Of a DNA stretch of 64,000 nucleotides, positions 28,372 to 38,172 are shown one piece after another; position 1 is the stretch's first letter, and every line of letters starts with the position of its first letter. The notes beneath the pieces are model-generated. The model did not search any database. It was not told the origin of the DNA and was given only the letters and a program-made list of their open reading frames with translations. The DNA lies in IMG/VR virus record IMGVR_UViG_3300004369_000006, positions 19,288 to 83,287 of that record. One strand, written 5' to 3'. The translations under genes and the position numbers were made by a program. This DNA is from a virus.

Positions 28372-28533
28372 ATGGAAGGAGGAAAAAGTAATAAGGTTCG
28401 GATTAGTTACCGTGTTTTAGAGCGCACTAAGGATTGGTTAGAGTGTAGGGCTAGTGAGAGGGGTATGACGGTAAGTGGGTTTATTGATTACTTGTGTATG
28501 TTTATGGAGGACAGTGATATTTTAAAGAAGTAA
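28372..28533 (+). CDS. 53-aa ribbon-helix-helix (Arc/CopG-like) regulator (not in ORF track)
   Basis: MEGGKSNKVRISYRVLERTKDWLECRASERGMTVSGFIDYL...: alternating beta strand, then helix A, G-M-T-V-S turn, helix B; first ORF after the promoter. Confidence 0.7.
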   Translation: MEGGKSNKVRISYRVLERTKDWLECRASERGMTVSGFIDYLCMFMEDSDILKK

Positions 28534-28537
28534 TATT

Positions 28538-28930
28538 ATGGAGGGCAAGGTAATTAGTATAAAGGCTGGGGATGTAAGGATGATGGTTAAGCAGTATTTG
28601 GTGTTATTGACTCCTTTGCATAAGTTAAGTCCTAAGGAGGTAGAGTTATTGACGGAGGTGATTTATGAGTATTTGGTTAGGAGGGGGGATTTTGCTAAGG
28701 AGGAGGATTGTTGGGAGAAGGTGTTTCACTATACTACGAAACGTGAGATTAAGGACAGGTTGATGATGGAGGATCAGACTTTGCAGAATAGGTTGACGCA
28801 GTTACGGAGAAAGAAGGCTATTACGAAGAATAGGGTACGGCAAGATTTGATTCCTGATATAGGATCTAGAACAAGTAATGCTTCGGAAGTTTTTAATATG
28901 ACGTTTAGGTTTATATACAGATGGGAGTAA
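28538..28930 (+). CDS. Conserved crAss-like winged-HTH protein
   Basis: KLSPKEVELL...TKREIKDRL...LQNRLTQLRRKKAI. Confidence 0.65.
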   Translation: MEGKVISIKAGDVRMMVKQYLVLLTPLHKLSPKEVELLTEVIYEYLVRRGDFAKEEDCWEKVFHYTTKREIKDRLMMEDQTLQNRLTQLRRKKAITKNRVRQDLIPDIGSRTSNASEVFNMTFRFIYRWE

Positions 28931-29205
28931 ACGATAATTCAAAATACAAGAACATAGAGATCTATCGGAGGGTAGCGGAGGAGTTAAAGGTGTCGGTAGA
29001 TTTTGTGCATGATGTATTTATGAGTGCGTGTAAGGAGGTGCATGAAACGATTATGGAGGTAGATCCTTATGAGGAGAAGTTGCCGAATGCGTATTTTTAT
29101 AAGTTAGGGACCTTTTTTTGCCCTACGGGCATACAAGATAAAATAAATCAAAGTCGTTTAAATAAAAAAAAGAAAAATGGAAAAAGCGGAAGACGTAAAG
29201 TTTAG
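28921..29205 (+). CDS. HU/IHF-like DNA-binding protein
   Basis: IYRRVAEELKVSVDFVHDVF...YFYKLGTF. Confidence 0.65.
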   Translation: MGVNDNSKYKNIEIYRRVAEELKVSVDFVHDVFMSACKEVHETIMEVDPYEEKLPNAYFYKLGTFFCPTGIQDKINQSRLNKKKKNGKSGRRKV

Positions 29206-29890
29206 TAGTCCTTTTGAGAAGATGCAAAGCATCATGGATAATGTGTTGGTCTTGGACTGGCTAATGCATGAGCCTACTAAGGATAAGATGATAGTACGGG
29301 AGTACCCCATCAACATGAGCAGTATATTAGGAGGTATGGAAGGAGATACTTTGAATATGCTGACGGGTATTCCCTACTTGGTATTGAAAACAGGTCCACA
29401 GGTTGCGGAAGTAGAACCAGGCGATATCATTGATATGTCCAAGAGCTTTTGGTTAGAGGAGTACAATGAGAGTAAGGGTACACGTCCTAATATGATGAAG
29501 ATTAGTATTGCTTCTTCAGGAGGATGGGTGATTATGGTTAATGAAGGCAATACGACTGCTATTAAAGACCGCCTTGACTTGGACAAGTACTTCGATGGTA
29601 AAATCTACAGTACCGATAAAACGACTAAGACTACCATTATGCAGGTAGGTAAGTATGTTTTTATGACCTATCTAACCTCAAATAAGACATTTAGACTGTA
29701 TGAGATACCTAAGGAGTATGCAAACATTAAGGAATGGATTAAGGAATCCAAAGCAAAAGACCTTATAGAGTTTATCTCGCATGTGGAAAAGCAGAATTTT
29801 ATAGAAGTAGAAACAGCAGAAACTTTAAGCGGACTGCATTATCGACTTTCTAAGGCGATAGAAGATAATGGTACTACTTATTTATATTAA
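29177..29890 (+). CDS. Protein with GroES-like domain
   Basis: DNVLV...VLKTGPQVAEVEPGDII; located upstream of the terminase, as in crAss-like phages. Confidence 0.45.
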   Translation: MEKAEDVKFSSPFEKMQSIMDNVLVLDWLMHEPTKDKMIVREYPINMSSILGGMEGDTLNMLTGIPYLVLKTGPQVAEVEPGDIIDMSKSFWLEEYNESKGTRPNMMKISIASSGGWVIMVNEGNTTAIKDRLDLDKYFDGKIYSTDKTTKTTIMQVGKYVFMTYLTSNKTFRLYEIPKEYANIKEWIKESKAKDLIEFISHVEKQNFIEVETAETLSGLHYRLSKAIEDNGTTYLY

Positions 29891-29915
29891 AAAGTCCCAC
29901 TTATTAACATTCACT

Positions 29916-29951
29916 ATAGGGTTATTCACAAAGGATAGCCCTATTTTGTTT
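29916..29951 (+). terminator. Intrinsic terminator
   Basis: ATAGGGTTAT-loop-ATAGCCCTAT followed by TTTGTTT. Confidence 0.7.
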
Positions 29952-29964
29952 AATTTAGCGCAAT

Positions 29965-30516
29965 ATGAAATTATTTGAGTTTAGGAATCACAGTTTGCAT
30001 ATTTCAGAGATGGCATATGCGTTAGATCCGTTTAGAAAGATTTGGACTAGGGACAAGACCCGCAATAAACAAGTTGCTCAGAGTGAGTTATCGTATATTT
30101 ATTTTATGTATGACTTCCGTAGTGACTTTGTTGAGCAGTATGGTACAGAAGCAGAAAGAAATGAAGCAGTCTTGGAAACCTTAGGAGCACTAAAACCTAC
30201 GTGGAAACCTGACAAAGTAGTTAAAGAAGCTATTGATTTTTATTTAAACCATAGCGAGAATATAAAAATGAAAATGGTCAAGGATGTAATACAGTCTTTG
30301 CATAAGCTTAGAAAGTATTTTCAGACTATTGACTTTACGTTATTGGATGACAATGGTAAGCCTGTGTATGACATTACCAAGTACAGTAATGTAATTAAAG
30401 ATTTAGAAAAGAATATGTCTACCTTGGATAAGATGAAAGCTTTGGCATTAAAAGATGCGAAGGAAGCAGAAGCACGAGGTAGTATTGAAAAGAATGTATT
30501 TGAAGATGGATTCTGA
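29965..30516 (+). CDS. Conserved crAss-like protein preceding TerL (putative terminase small subunit)
   Basis: RDKTRNKQVAQSELSYIYFMYDFRSDF...WKPD; overlaps the TerL start. Confidence 0.6.
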   Translation: MKLFEFRNHSLHISEMAYALDPFRKIWTRDKTRNKQVAQSELSYIYFMYDFRSDFVEQYGTEAERNEAVLETLGALKPTWKPDKVVKEAIDFYLNHSENIKMKMVKDVIQSLHKLRKYFQTIDFTLLDDNGKPVYDITKYSNVIKDLEKNMSTLDKMKALALKDAKEAEARGSIEKNVFEDGF

Positions 30517-32866
30517 TATCATATTCCAAGATGACCCTGATATGCCTATCATAGGCGTAAACAGATACACTACGGCTATTACCGAAGAGCTAAAAGGTTC
30601 TATGCCTCCTGAGTTGTATGGGGATCTAATAGATATCATGAGTTCTATACACTTGGTTCAGGCTTTAAGTAAGAAAAATCGCAAGAGAGCCAAAGACTTA
30701 CCTAAGGACAGTACAGGCAGAATAGAGATAGATTTAGAAAACCCTCACATCCTTGAGGGAATGGATTACTTCCGCCAAGCAGCATTGCACTTTGAGGAAC
30801 ACGATAAGTACACGTATCACTTCCCTAGTAAGTCAAAGACCAGTCCTTACTATCAGTTTTGGCAACAGGAAGTAGAACGATGCAAGTATGGGCTTATCCG
30901 TCCTGAAGATGGAGAGTGGATTACAGGGTATCATTATTTCTATTTGAACTATTCACGCATTGATAAGACGGTAGTTTTAGATGCCAGTATCCGAGATACT
31001 AATGCAGATGCTATACGCGCAGAGAGGGTAGAAGGATTTCCTAACTTTTGGGATGGGGATTACTTGTTTTTTCACTACATCGAGAAAGCAGAGAGGCAGG
31101 GTAAGTACGCTAACTTGCTGAAAACCAGGGGTCGAGGATTCTCATTCAAGATGGGAGCTATGTTAGCTCGCAATACGTTGCTGTATAAGAAGTCCAAGAA
31201 TTATGCGATGGCATCAGAAACAGAATACCTGACTAAGGATGGTATCTTGAACAAGTGCTACCGTGACTTAGATTTTTGTGCAGAAAGTACGCCATGGCCT
31301 AAGCTACGGATTACAGACCAGGGAATGCACAAGGTATTAGGGTATCGCAATACCGAAACAGGGGTATTGTCAGGTATGCAGTCAGAAGTGATAGGGGTTA
31401 CTACGAAAGACAACCCTGATAGAGCACGGGGAAAGAGGGGTAAGCTAATTATCTTTGAAGAGTCAGGTAAGTATCCTAAGCTCGACAAGGTGTGGTCTAT
31501 TGCTCGTCCTTCTATGGAACAGGGTTCACACGTCTTTGGTATGATGGTAGCAGGGGGTACAGGTGGTACTACAGGAGCAGACTTTAGCACAGCTCTTAGG
31601 TTCTTTTACAGTCCCATTGGTTATCGGATATTACATACCAAGAATGTCTACGATAAAACACGTGGTAATGGCGTATGTTCTTTTTTCTTTCCTGAGTATT
31701 TAAACCGAGAAGAGTGCTATGACAAAGACGGTAACTCAGACGTGGTTAAAGCACTGGTAGAAGTCTTACACAAACGCTATGAGGTAAAGTATGGATCTGA
31801 TGATCCTATGGCTTTAACACAGGAAAAAGCGGATAGACCTATTACGCCACAAGAAGCGGTAATGCGCACAGAGGGTTCTTTGTTTCCTATACAGAAGATT
31901 AAAGACCACTTGTCGCAGATACAGCCTAACCTGGCAGACTTTGTATCAGGGCATTATGTAGGTCGCATAGTACGTGATAGTTTAGGACAGCCTGAATGGA
32001 AGGTAGATGCTAACCTACAGCCTATACGCAATTTTCCGCTTGCTAAGGACGAAAAAGTCTTTGGTGCTATAGAAATCTATGAGATGCCTAAAAAAGCAGC
32101 AGGGCAAAGCAAACCTCCTATATGGCGATACATTGCAGGGATTGACCCCGTAGATGATGACTACGTAGTACAATCGTCTTCATTGGTATCTATCTTTGTG
32201 TTTGATACGTTTACAGACAAGATAGTAGCGGAGTTCACAGGTCGTCCTAACCTTGCAGAAGAATTTTACGATATCTGTATTGACTTGCTAGAGTTTTATA
32301 ACGCTATTGCAAACTACGAAAACGATAAGAAAGGTTTGTATACCCACTTCTACAACAAGAAGAAGTTGCACTTGCTGTGTGATACGCCTAAGATACTACG
32401 GGATATGAACATGATATCTGCAGTAGGACGGGGTAACAAGTCAAAGGGTACAGGTTCGTCTAAGCGTATTAACCAGTTTGGCAGACGTTTACAGCGCGAC
32501 TGGATGCTTAAAGAGTCGGTAGGTAACCCTGACATTCAGAACCTATATACCATTCGCTCTGTGGCTTATTTAAAAGAGGCTGAGCAATGGAATCCCGATG
32601 GTAACTTTGACCGTGTATCTGCTATGGGTATGGTTATGATACTACGGGAAAATATACAGTTGCAGTTAGACTATCAAAACAGTGATGACTTCTCAGATGA
32701 CAATTTATCAGAAGATCCATTTTGGGGCAAAAACTACGCTCCTTATGATGCCTACCAAGCTAAGTTTGCAGCAGAGGGTATAGATCAGAGGTTGGTAGAT
32801 GCTTTGGTGTCCGAGCAACAAAAGAAACAAGTACAAGACAAATTAAACGAAAATTTTAACTTATAA
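30506..32866 (+). CDS. terL: Terminase large subunit
   Basis: ITGYHYFYLNY, Walker A KTRGRGFS, Walker B FEESGK, GGTGG, RNase H-like GIDPVDDD, NFDRVSA. The ATG at 30506 is preferred as start. Confidence 0.95.
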   Translation: MDSDIIFQDDPDMPIIGVNRYTTAITEELKGSMPPELYGDLIDIMSSIHLVQALSKKNRKRAKDLPKDSTGRIEIDLENPHILEGMDYFRQAALHFEEHDKYTYHFPSKSKTSPYYQFWQQEVERCKYGLIRPEDGEWITGYHYFYLNYSRIDKTVVLDASIRDTNADAIRAERVEGFPNFWDGDYLFFHYIEKAERQGKYANLLKTRGRGFSFKMGAMLARNTLLYKKSKNYAMASETEYLTKDGILNKCYRDLDFCAESTPWPKLRITDQGMHKVLGYRNTETGVLSGMQSEVIGVTTKDNPDRARGKRGKLIIFEESGKYPKLDKVWSIARPSMEQGSHVFGMMVAGGTGGTTGADFSTALRFFYSPIGYRILHTKNVYDKTRGNGVCSFFFPEYLNREECYDKDGNSDVVKALVEVLHKRYEVKYGSDDPMALTQEKADRPITPQEAVMRTEGSLFPIQKIKDHLSQIQPNLADFVSGHYVGRIVRDSLGQPEWKVDANLQPIRNFPLAKDEKVFGAIEIYEMPKKAAGQSKPPIWRYIAGIDPVDDDYVVQSSSLVSIFVFDTFTDKIVAEFTGRPNLAEEFYDICIDLLEFYNAIANYENDKKGLYTHFYNKKKLHLLCDTPKILRDMNMISAVGRGNKSKGTGSSKRINQFGRRLQRDWMLKESVGNPDIQNLYTIRSVAYLKEAEQWNPDGNFDRVSAMGMVMILRENIQLQLDYQNSDDFSDDNLSEDPFWGKNYAPYDAYQAKFAAEGIDQRLVDALVSEQQKKQVQDKLNENFNL

Positions 32867-32869
32867 GAA

Positions 32870-35236
32870 ATGGATAGAGTATTAAGTGAGTTTCCAAGAC
32901 AGAAGCTCCCAATTAGCAAAAAGAACAAGAAGTGGCGTGAGCAGTGCGTTGATGCCTTAGACATCGGCGGATACTTTGTATCTGAGCACACCCGTAAGTC
33001 AGTACGTGACAAGAAGATTAACATGGACTTGTACTACGGTAAAGTAGATAAATCTGAAGTAGTAGCGGTATGTAATCCTACAGGGTTGCAAGAGCTGAAT
33101 ATCGTACCTGATAACCTACAGCATTATCCGCTTATATCACCCCGTGTAGATATCCTACTTGGTGAGGAAGCAAAAAGACGATTTGATTGGAAAGTAATGG
33201 TAACGAATCCTACTGCTATTTCCATGAAAGAATCACGGCTTATTGAAGAAGTACGTAATCGTGTAGTCAGTCTTATTCAGAATACGGCTATGAACCAACA
33301 AGAGTTGGAGCGTGAGATGAAAAAGTTACAAGACTATGTAAGCTACGACTATCAGGATATGGTAGAGGTAGTAGGTACTAAGATTCTTAAGCACTACTGG
33401 AATGAGTATCAGATGCATGACATCTTCAACCGTGGCTTTTTTGATGGCTTGGTTATGGGTGAGGAAATCTATTATTCCTATGTCAGCAACGGTGAGCCTA
33501 TCTTACGTAAGCTAAATCCTCTTTCAGTACATACTCTGCGGTCAGGATACTCTAACAAGATTGAGGATTCTGATATCATTGCTATTGAGGAGTATTGGTC
33601 ACTAGGACAAGTACTTGATCACTTCCATGACTTTTTAAGTCCTAAGGATGTAGACAGGGTAGAGCGTTGGGCTGTAGGGTCTAAGAACAATGCTAAAGAT
33701 CCTTTTGTTTCCGAGCAGCCTTATGAGCCCATTATCGGGTCTATAGTAGCGGCAGATGGTTCAGAGGATTTCTTAATAGATACCTTACAGCATACCTTGC
33801 AAATGAATGGTGCATCTATTGGTCAACCATTTGATTACTCAGGTAACATTCGTGTATTGCAGGTATTTTGGCGCAGTATGCGTAAGATGTTGAAGGTACG
33901 CAGATTGGATGAATTTGGAGATTGGATAGAAGAACTTATGCCTGAAAACTACATCATTCGTGCTGATGAAGGTGAAACTGCAGAAACAGTTTACATCAAC
34001 GAATGGTGGGAAGGAGTTAAACTAGGAACAGATGTGTATCCTTATGTACGTCCTAAGATGGAGCAGTACCGTAAGTTAAATAACCCTAGCGTATGTTTTC
34101 CTGGCATTTCAGGGATTATCTACTCACACAATGGACAGCAAGCTCATTCGCTTGTAGACAGGGCTAAGAACGTCCAATATTTGTATGATGTAGTACACCA
34201 CCGTCTTAACGAAGCATTAGCTACTAACCACGGTAAATTACTTGAAATGGACTTTGCATCAGTGCCTAAAGGTTGGGATGTAAAGCAATGGCTTACTTAC
34301 GCTAAAAAAGCTAAAATTGTAGTACGTGATAGTTTCAAAGAAAACACTAAAGGTGCTAACGTAGGTACAATATCAGGCAACATGGCACGTGGGGGCCACG
34401 GAGTCATAGATGCTGAACAAGGTGCATTCCTGCAACAGCACATTGCCATTATGGAATATCTACGTAGGCAGATAGGTGAGATTACAGGTATTACTGAACA
34501 GCGTTTGGGTAACATTGCCAACCGTGAAACCGTAGGCGGTGTAGAGCGTTCTGTAGCACAATCATCTCATGTAACCGAGTATTGGTTTGCACAACATGAG
34601 CAAGCTAAGATTAAAGCTCTGGAGATGTTTTTAGAAACTGCTAAGCTTGCACTTAAAGGCAAGAACAAAAAAGCGCAGTACATCTTAGACGATGCTAGTA
34701 TTGAAATCCTTGATTTAAATCCTGAGGTTCTACTTAACGCAGACTTAGGTATCTCTTTGGTATCTAGTGTACAATCGCAAGAACTTAAGCAGAACATTCA
34801 GCAACTTGCTCATGCCGCAATGCAAAACGGAGCTATTCAGTTGTCTACTCTTGTAGATATCTATACCGATGGTTCTATTGCTACTATGCGTAAGCGTATT
34901 AAGGACGGAGAAGATTCTATTATGCAACGTCAAGAGCAACAGCAACAACAAACTATGCAACTTCAACAGCAGCAATTACAAATGCAAGCGTTGAAAGAGC
35001 ATAACAATATGTTAGCGGATATGCAGAAGTTTACCCTGAATTTAGATCTTGAAAATGCTAAGCTGTCAAGTAAGGAACAAGTTGAGCTAGAAAAGATCCA
35101 AATAGAAAGGGAAAAAGTAAACCAACAAATGTTGCAGTTTATTCAGGAACAAACTAACAAGTTAAAAATGAATCAAGACGACAACAATACGGATAAGTAC
35201 GTAGCTGACAAAAGAAATACTCAGCGAAATACTTAA
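32870..35236 (+). CDS. Portal protein
   Basis: FPRQKLPISKKNKKW N-terminus, LLGEE, INEWWEG, GITEQRLG...ETVGGVER, Q-rich coiled-coil C-terminus; follows TerL. Confidence 0.93.
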   Translation: MDRVLSEFPRQKLPISKKNKKWREQCVDALDIGGYFVSEHTRKSVRDKKINMDLYYGKVDKSEVVAVCNPTGLQELNIVPDNLQHYPLISPRVDILLGEEAKRRFDWKVMVTNPTAISMKESRLIEEVRNRVVSLIQNTAMNQQELEREMKKLQDYVSYDYQDMVEVVGTKILKHYWNEYQMHDIFNRGFFDGLVMGEEIYYSYVSNGEPILRKLNPLSVHTLRSGYSNKIEDSDIIAIEEYWSLGQVLDHFHDFLSPKDVDRVERWAVGSKNNAKDPFVSEQPYEPIIGSIVAADGSEDFLIDTLQHTLQMNGASIGQPFDYSGNIRVLQVFWRSMRKMLKVRRLDEFGDWIEELMPENYIIRADEGETAETVYINEWWEGVKLGTDVYPYVRPKMEQYRKLNNPSVCFPGISGIIYSHNGQQAHSLVDRAKNVQYLYDVVHHRLNEALATNHGKLLEMDFASVPKGWDVKQWLTYAKKAKIVVRDSFKENTKGANVGTISGNMARGGHGVIDAEQGAFLQQHIAIMEYLRRQIGEITGITEQRLGNIANRETVGGVERSVAQSSHVTEYWFAQHEQAKIKALEMFLETAKLALKGKNKKAQYILDDASIEILDLNPEVLLNADLGISLVSSVQSQELKQNIQQLAHAAMQNGAIQLSTLVDIYTDGSIATMRKRIKDGEDSIMQRQEQQQQQTMQLQQQQLQMQALKEHNNMLADMQKFTLNLDLENAKLSSKEQVELEKIQIEREKVNQQMLQFIQEQTNKLKMNQDDNNTDKYVADKRNTQRNT

Positions 35237-35314
35237 TCTACTTTGTTGGTATTAAAAAACTATACCTACCTAAAAGTACACTTTATATGCCTTGTTATTA
35301 TACTTTTATGGTTG

Positions 35315-35322
35315 TAGTTTTG
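35315..35322 (+). promoter_or_regulatory. Bacteroidota sigma-A -7 element upstream of scaffold/capsid genes
   Basis: TAGTTTTG with CTTG 20 nt upstream. Confidence 0.55.
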
Positions 35323-35358
35323 TAAAGAAGCAATAGGAGAACTTTAAATTAAAATAAT

Positions 35359-36546
35359 ATGTCAACAGAAAACGACAATTTATTTAGCGATGTTAGCTTT
35401 GAGGATGTAGCAGACTTCCTCGATAATACCATGGCTGATGTAGAGCAAACGCCTGATGTCCCTGAAATGGACACAGACACCACCGAAGTAAACGATTCTG
35501 TAATCCAGGAATTATCCGATGAGGATCCTGTAGATTTAGATGGTTTTGATAATATAAATACCAGTGAGGGTGCAAGCCTAGAGAACGTAGCTGGAGAAAG
35601 TCAAGAGAGTGCAAGTAGTGCACCTTCCAGTCCAAGTTCTCCTTCCAGCGTTTATCACGCCCTTGCTTCCGCTTTACATCAGGAAGGTGCGCTACCCTCT
35701 TTTGATCCTGAAAAACAAAAAGTTGAAGATGTAGAAGGGCTTATTTCTGCCATCCAAAACGAAATCAGGAATCAAGAATTAGCGCATTTATCAGACCGAC
35801 AAAAGCGTGTGCTTAAAGCCTTTGAAACAGGAATCCCTGAAGAAGAGATTGTAAGCTACGAAAAATCTATTGATGACTTGTCTAGCATTAGCGATGACGA
35901 AATCAAAGAGAATGTCGAGTTACGTCAGACTATTATTACCGAAGCTTATAAAGCTCAAGGTATGAGTGCTGACAAAGCGCAGAAGTTAGCTAAGCGTGCA
36001 TTTGATGCAGGTGAGGATTTAGAAGAGGCTATGGAAAGTCATCAGTTCCTCAAGCAACAAATGGAAGCTGAATACGAGAACCGTCTTAAGATGGAACAAG
36101 AACAACGTAAGCAGTACGAAGCTGAAGCTAAACAACGCATTGAGGACATCAAGAAAACCGTATTTGATGAGAAGAATGAAATCATCAAAGGCGCACCTGT
36201 AACAAAGAACATTCGTACTAAAGTGTATGAGTCTATGACTAACGTTGCAGGTCATGATGAACAAGGTCGTCCATATAACCAAATTATGCAGGCACGTATG
36301 GAAAACCCAACAAATTTTGAGATTGCATTGCACACTGCTTTTGTACTTACTAATGGATTTAAAGACATGAGTAAGCTAGTACAAAAAAGCAAGAGTGATG
36401 CAGTATCTGAACTAGATAAAACATTACGCAGTGGGGTATTAGATTTTGGCATTGGTTCACCAGCGTCATCTACAGACCCAGGAGCTCCTAATGATCCTAA
36501 CTTTGGTAAGGAACTTGAAGAGCTAGCACGTAATTTATTAGGTTAA
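35359..36546 (+). CDS. Putative capsid scaffolding protein
   Basis: Highly acidic N-terminus and coiled coils; between portal and major capsid protein. Confidence 0.75.
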   Translation: MSTENDNLFSDVSFEDVADFLDNTMADVEQTPDVPEMDTDTTEVNDSVIQELSDEDPVDLDGFDNINTSEGASLENVAGESQESASSAPSSPSSPSSVYHALASALHQEGALPSFDPEKQKVEDVEGLISAIQNEIRNQELAHLSDRQKRVLKAFETGIPEEEIVSYEKSIDDLSSISDDEIKENVELRQTIITEAYKAQGMSADKAQKLAKRAFDAGEDLEEAMESHQFLKQQMEAEYENRLKMEQEQRKQYEAEAKQRIEDIKKTVFDEKNEIIKGAPVTKNIRTKVYESMTNVAGHDEQGRPYNQIMQARMENPTNFEIALHTAFVLTNGFKDMSKLVQKSKSDAVSELDKTLRSGVLDFGIGSPASSTDPGAPNDPNFGKELEELARNLLG

Positions 36547-36571
36547 TATTAAAAGCTAAATTTTATAAACA

Positions 36572-38086
36572 ATGAGTCGTATAAGTATCTTACAAACGTC
36601 CGCGTCAAAAGCGTGGTCAGGATTTACCGACAAAAATCACATCGGTCAAATCTTCCATTCAAAGCCACAAGTTGCTAGCAACATTGTGAGCCGTATGCTT
36701 GCTCAAACTCATGGTTCTTCATTGAACATGACTTTGGACAGTATCCCCGCCCTGTATCTTGATACAGATGATGATTACACTTGGCAGTTAATTGGTAGCT
36801 CAGATCGTAACATCGAGCTTGTAGAAGCTTGGAGTGATCCTACTGGAACTGTTATTTTATCTACTGACACTAACATTGGTATCGCAGGACAAGAGTTTTA
36901 TCTTGTATTCCCTGAGCGTTGGTTTTCTGATGTAAACGTAATCGTAGGTGAGAAAAACGAAATTTATCCTATTCAAGTAGTAGCTGATCCACAGCCACAC
37001 GGAACCGACTGGGTTTACAAGTGTGTTATGTGGGGTGATGCTCAGACTGAAGGTATGCCTGGCGAAGAACTCGTAGGTGGTAAGCGTTTCAGCAAAGAAG
37101 CATCTCCTGTAGAAGACGCTCTGTCTGTAAAAGGTGGTGAAGTTGGGTTCAGCTCACCAATCACTTTCCGTAACCACTTCTCACAAATTCGTATGCAGTA
37201 TGAAGCTCCTGGCAACATGCGCAACATGAAGTTTGTTGGTTCTAAAGTGCCTTACGTAGACAATTCAGGAAACAAAAAAGAATTTGTTACTTGGATGGAC
37301 TGGTTGAACTATGAGTTCGAATATCAGTTTGATCGTGAGAAAACAAAATGGATTTGGTTTGGACGTAGTGCTCGTGATGCAGGTGGTCGTTTCTTGAACA
37401 AAGGAAAATCAGGTCGTGTAATTCGTGCAGGTGCTGGTATCCGTGAGCAAATGGAAACTGCTAACACTTATTACTACAACTACTTCTCGATTGACTTGCT
37501 TACAAACATCTTGACTGACTTGGCTGAAAACAAGTTGGAGTATGATGAGCGTAAGTTTGTTATTCGTACTGGAGAGCGTGGTGCTATCCTTTTCCACAAA
37601 GCTGTATCTGATGTAGCTTCAGGATGGACTCCACTTCAGGATTCTACTGCTCAGTCTAGCACCCAATCTATGTTGCATGAAAATGCTCGTAAATTCGGTT
37701 ACCAATACACTGAGTACATGGCTCCTAACCAGATTCATGTGAAAATCGAAGTAGATCCTTTGTATTCTGATCCTGTACGTAACAAGATCCCTGCACCTTC
37801 TAATGGTCACTTCATTGGAGGTTTGGCAGAGTCTTACCGTATGGACATCTTAGACATCGGTACTATTGATGGTGAGCCTAACATTCGCAAGGTATATCCT
37901 AAGAATGAGCCAGATGTAACTGCTTACATCCCTGGACTTCGTGATCCATTTAGCCCAACTGGTGCTAAGCCTAAGCAAATTGCAAGCCCTAAAGACGGTT
38001 ACTATGTAACTAAGTTTGCAACTTGTTCTGCGATGGTGAAAGACCCAACTCGCACTGCAAGCTTGATCCCATCAATCTTGCGTTAA
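36572..38086 (+). CDS. Major capsid protein (crAss type)
   Basis: WSGFTDKNHIG, FPERWF, VGEKNE, GAGIREQ, RTGERG, YIPGLRDPFSP; 504 aa with strongly biased codon usage. Confidence 0.92.
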   Translation: MSRISILQTSASKAWSGFTDKNHIGQIFHSKPQVASNIVSRMLAQTHGSSLNMTLDSIPALYLDTDDDYTWQLIGSSDRNIELVEAWSDPTGTVILSTDTNIGIAGQEFYLVFPERWFSDVNVIVGEKNEIYPIQVVADPQPHGTDWVYKCVMWGDAQTEGMPGEELVGGKRFSKEASPVEDALSVKGGEVGFSSPITFRNHFSQIRMQYEAPGNMRNMKFVGSKVPYVDNSGNKKEFVTWMDWLNYEFEYQFDREKTKWIWFGRSARDAGGRFLNKGKSGRVIRAGAGIREQMETANTYYYNYFSIDLLTNILTDLAENKLEYDERKFVIRTGERGAILFHKAVSDVASGWTPLQDSTAQSSTQSMLHENARKFGYQYTEYMAPNQIHVKIEVDPLYSDPVRNKIPAPSNGHFIGGLAESYRMDILDIGTIDGEPNIRKVYPKNEPDVTAYIPGLRDPFSPTGAKPKQIASPKDGYYVTKFATCSAMVKDPTRTASLIPSILR

Positions 38087-38096
38087 TATATATAGC

Positions 38097-38135
38097 TAAG
38101 GAAACGGGGGAAGAAAACTTCCCCCACCTTCCTTA
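38097..38135 (+). terminator. Strong hairpin after the capsid gene (terminator or mRNA stabiliser)
   Basis: AAGGAA..GGGGGAAG-aaaa-CTTCCCCC..TTCCTT; no long U-tract. Confidence 0.55.
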
Positions 38136-38172
38136 AAATAGTAATTTGGAAGCAATTAAATAAGGAGAAAAA

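Noticed and set aside
15751-32866. Introns, inteins or homing endonucleases in polA or terL
   Set aside because: Both ORFs are continuous and of normal length, with no LAGLIDADG, HNH or intein terminal motifs seen.
34920-34985. CAA/CAG-rich microsatellite-like tract
   Set aside because: It encodes the ordinary Gln-rich coiled coil at the portal C-terminus.
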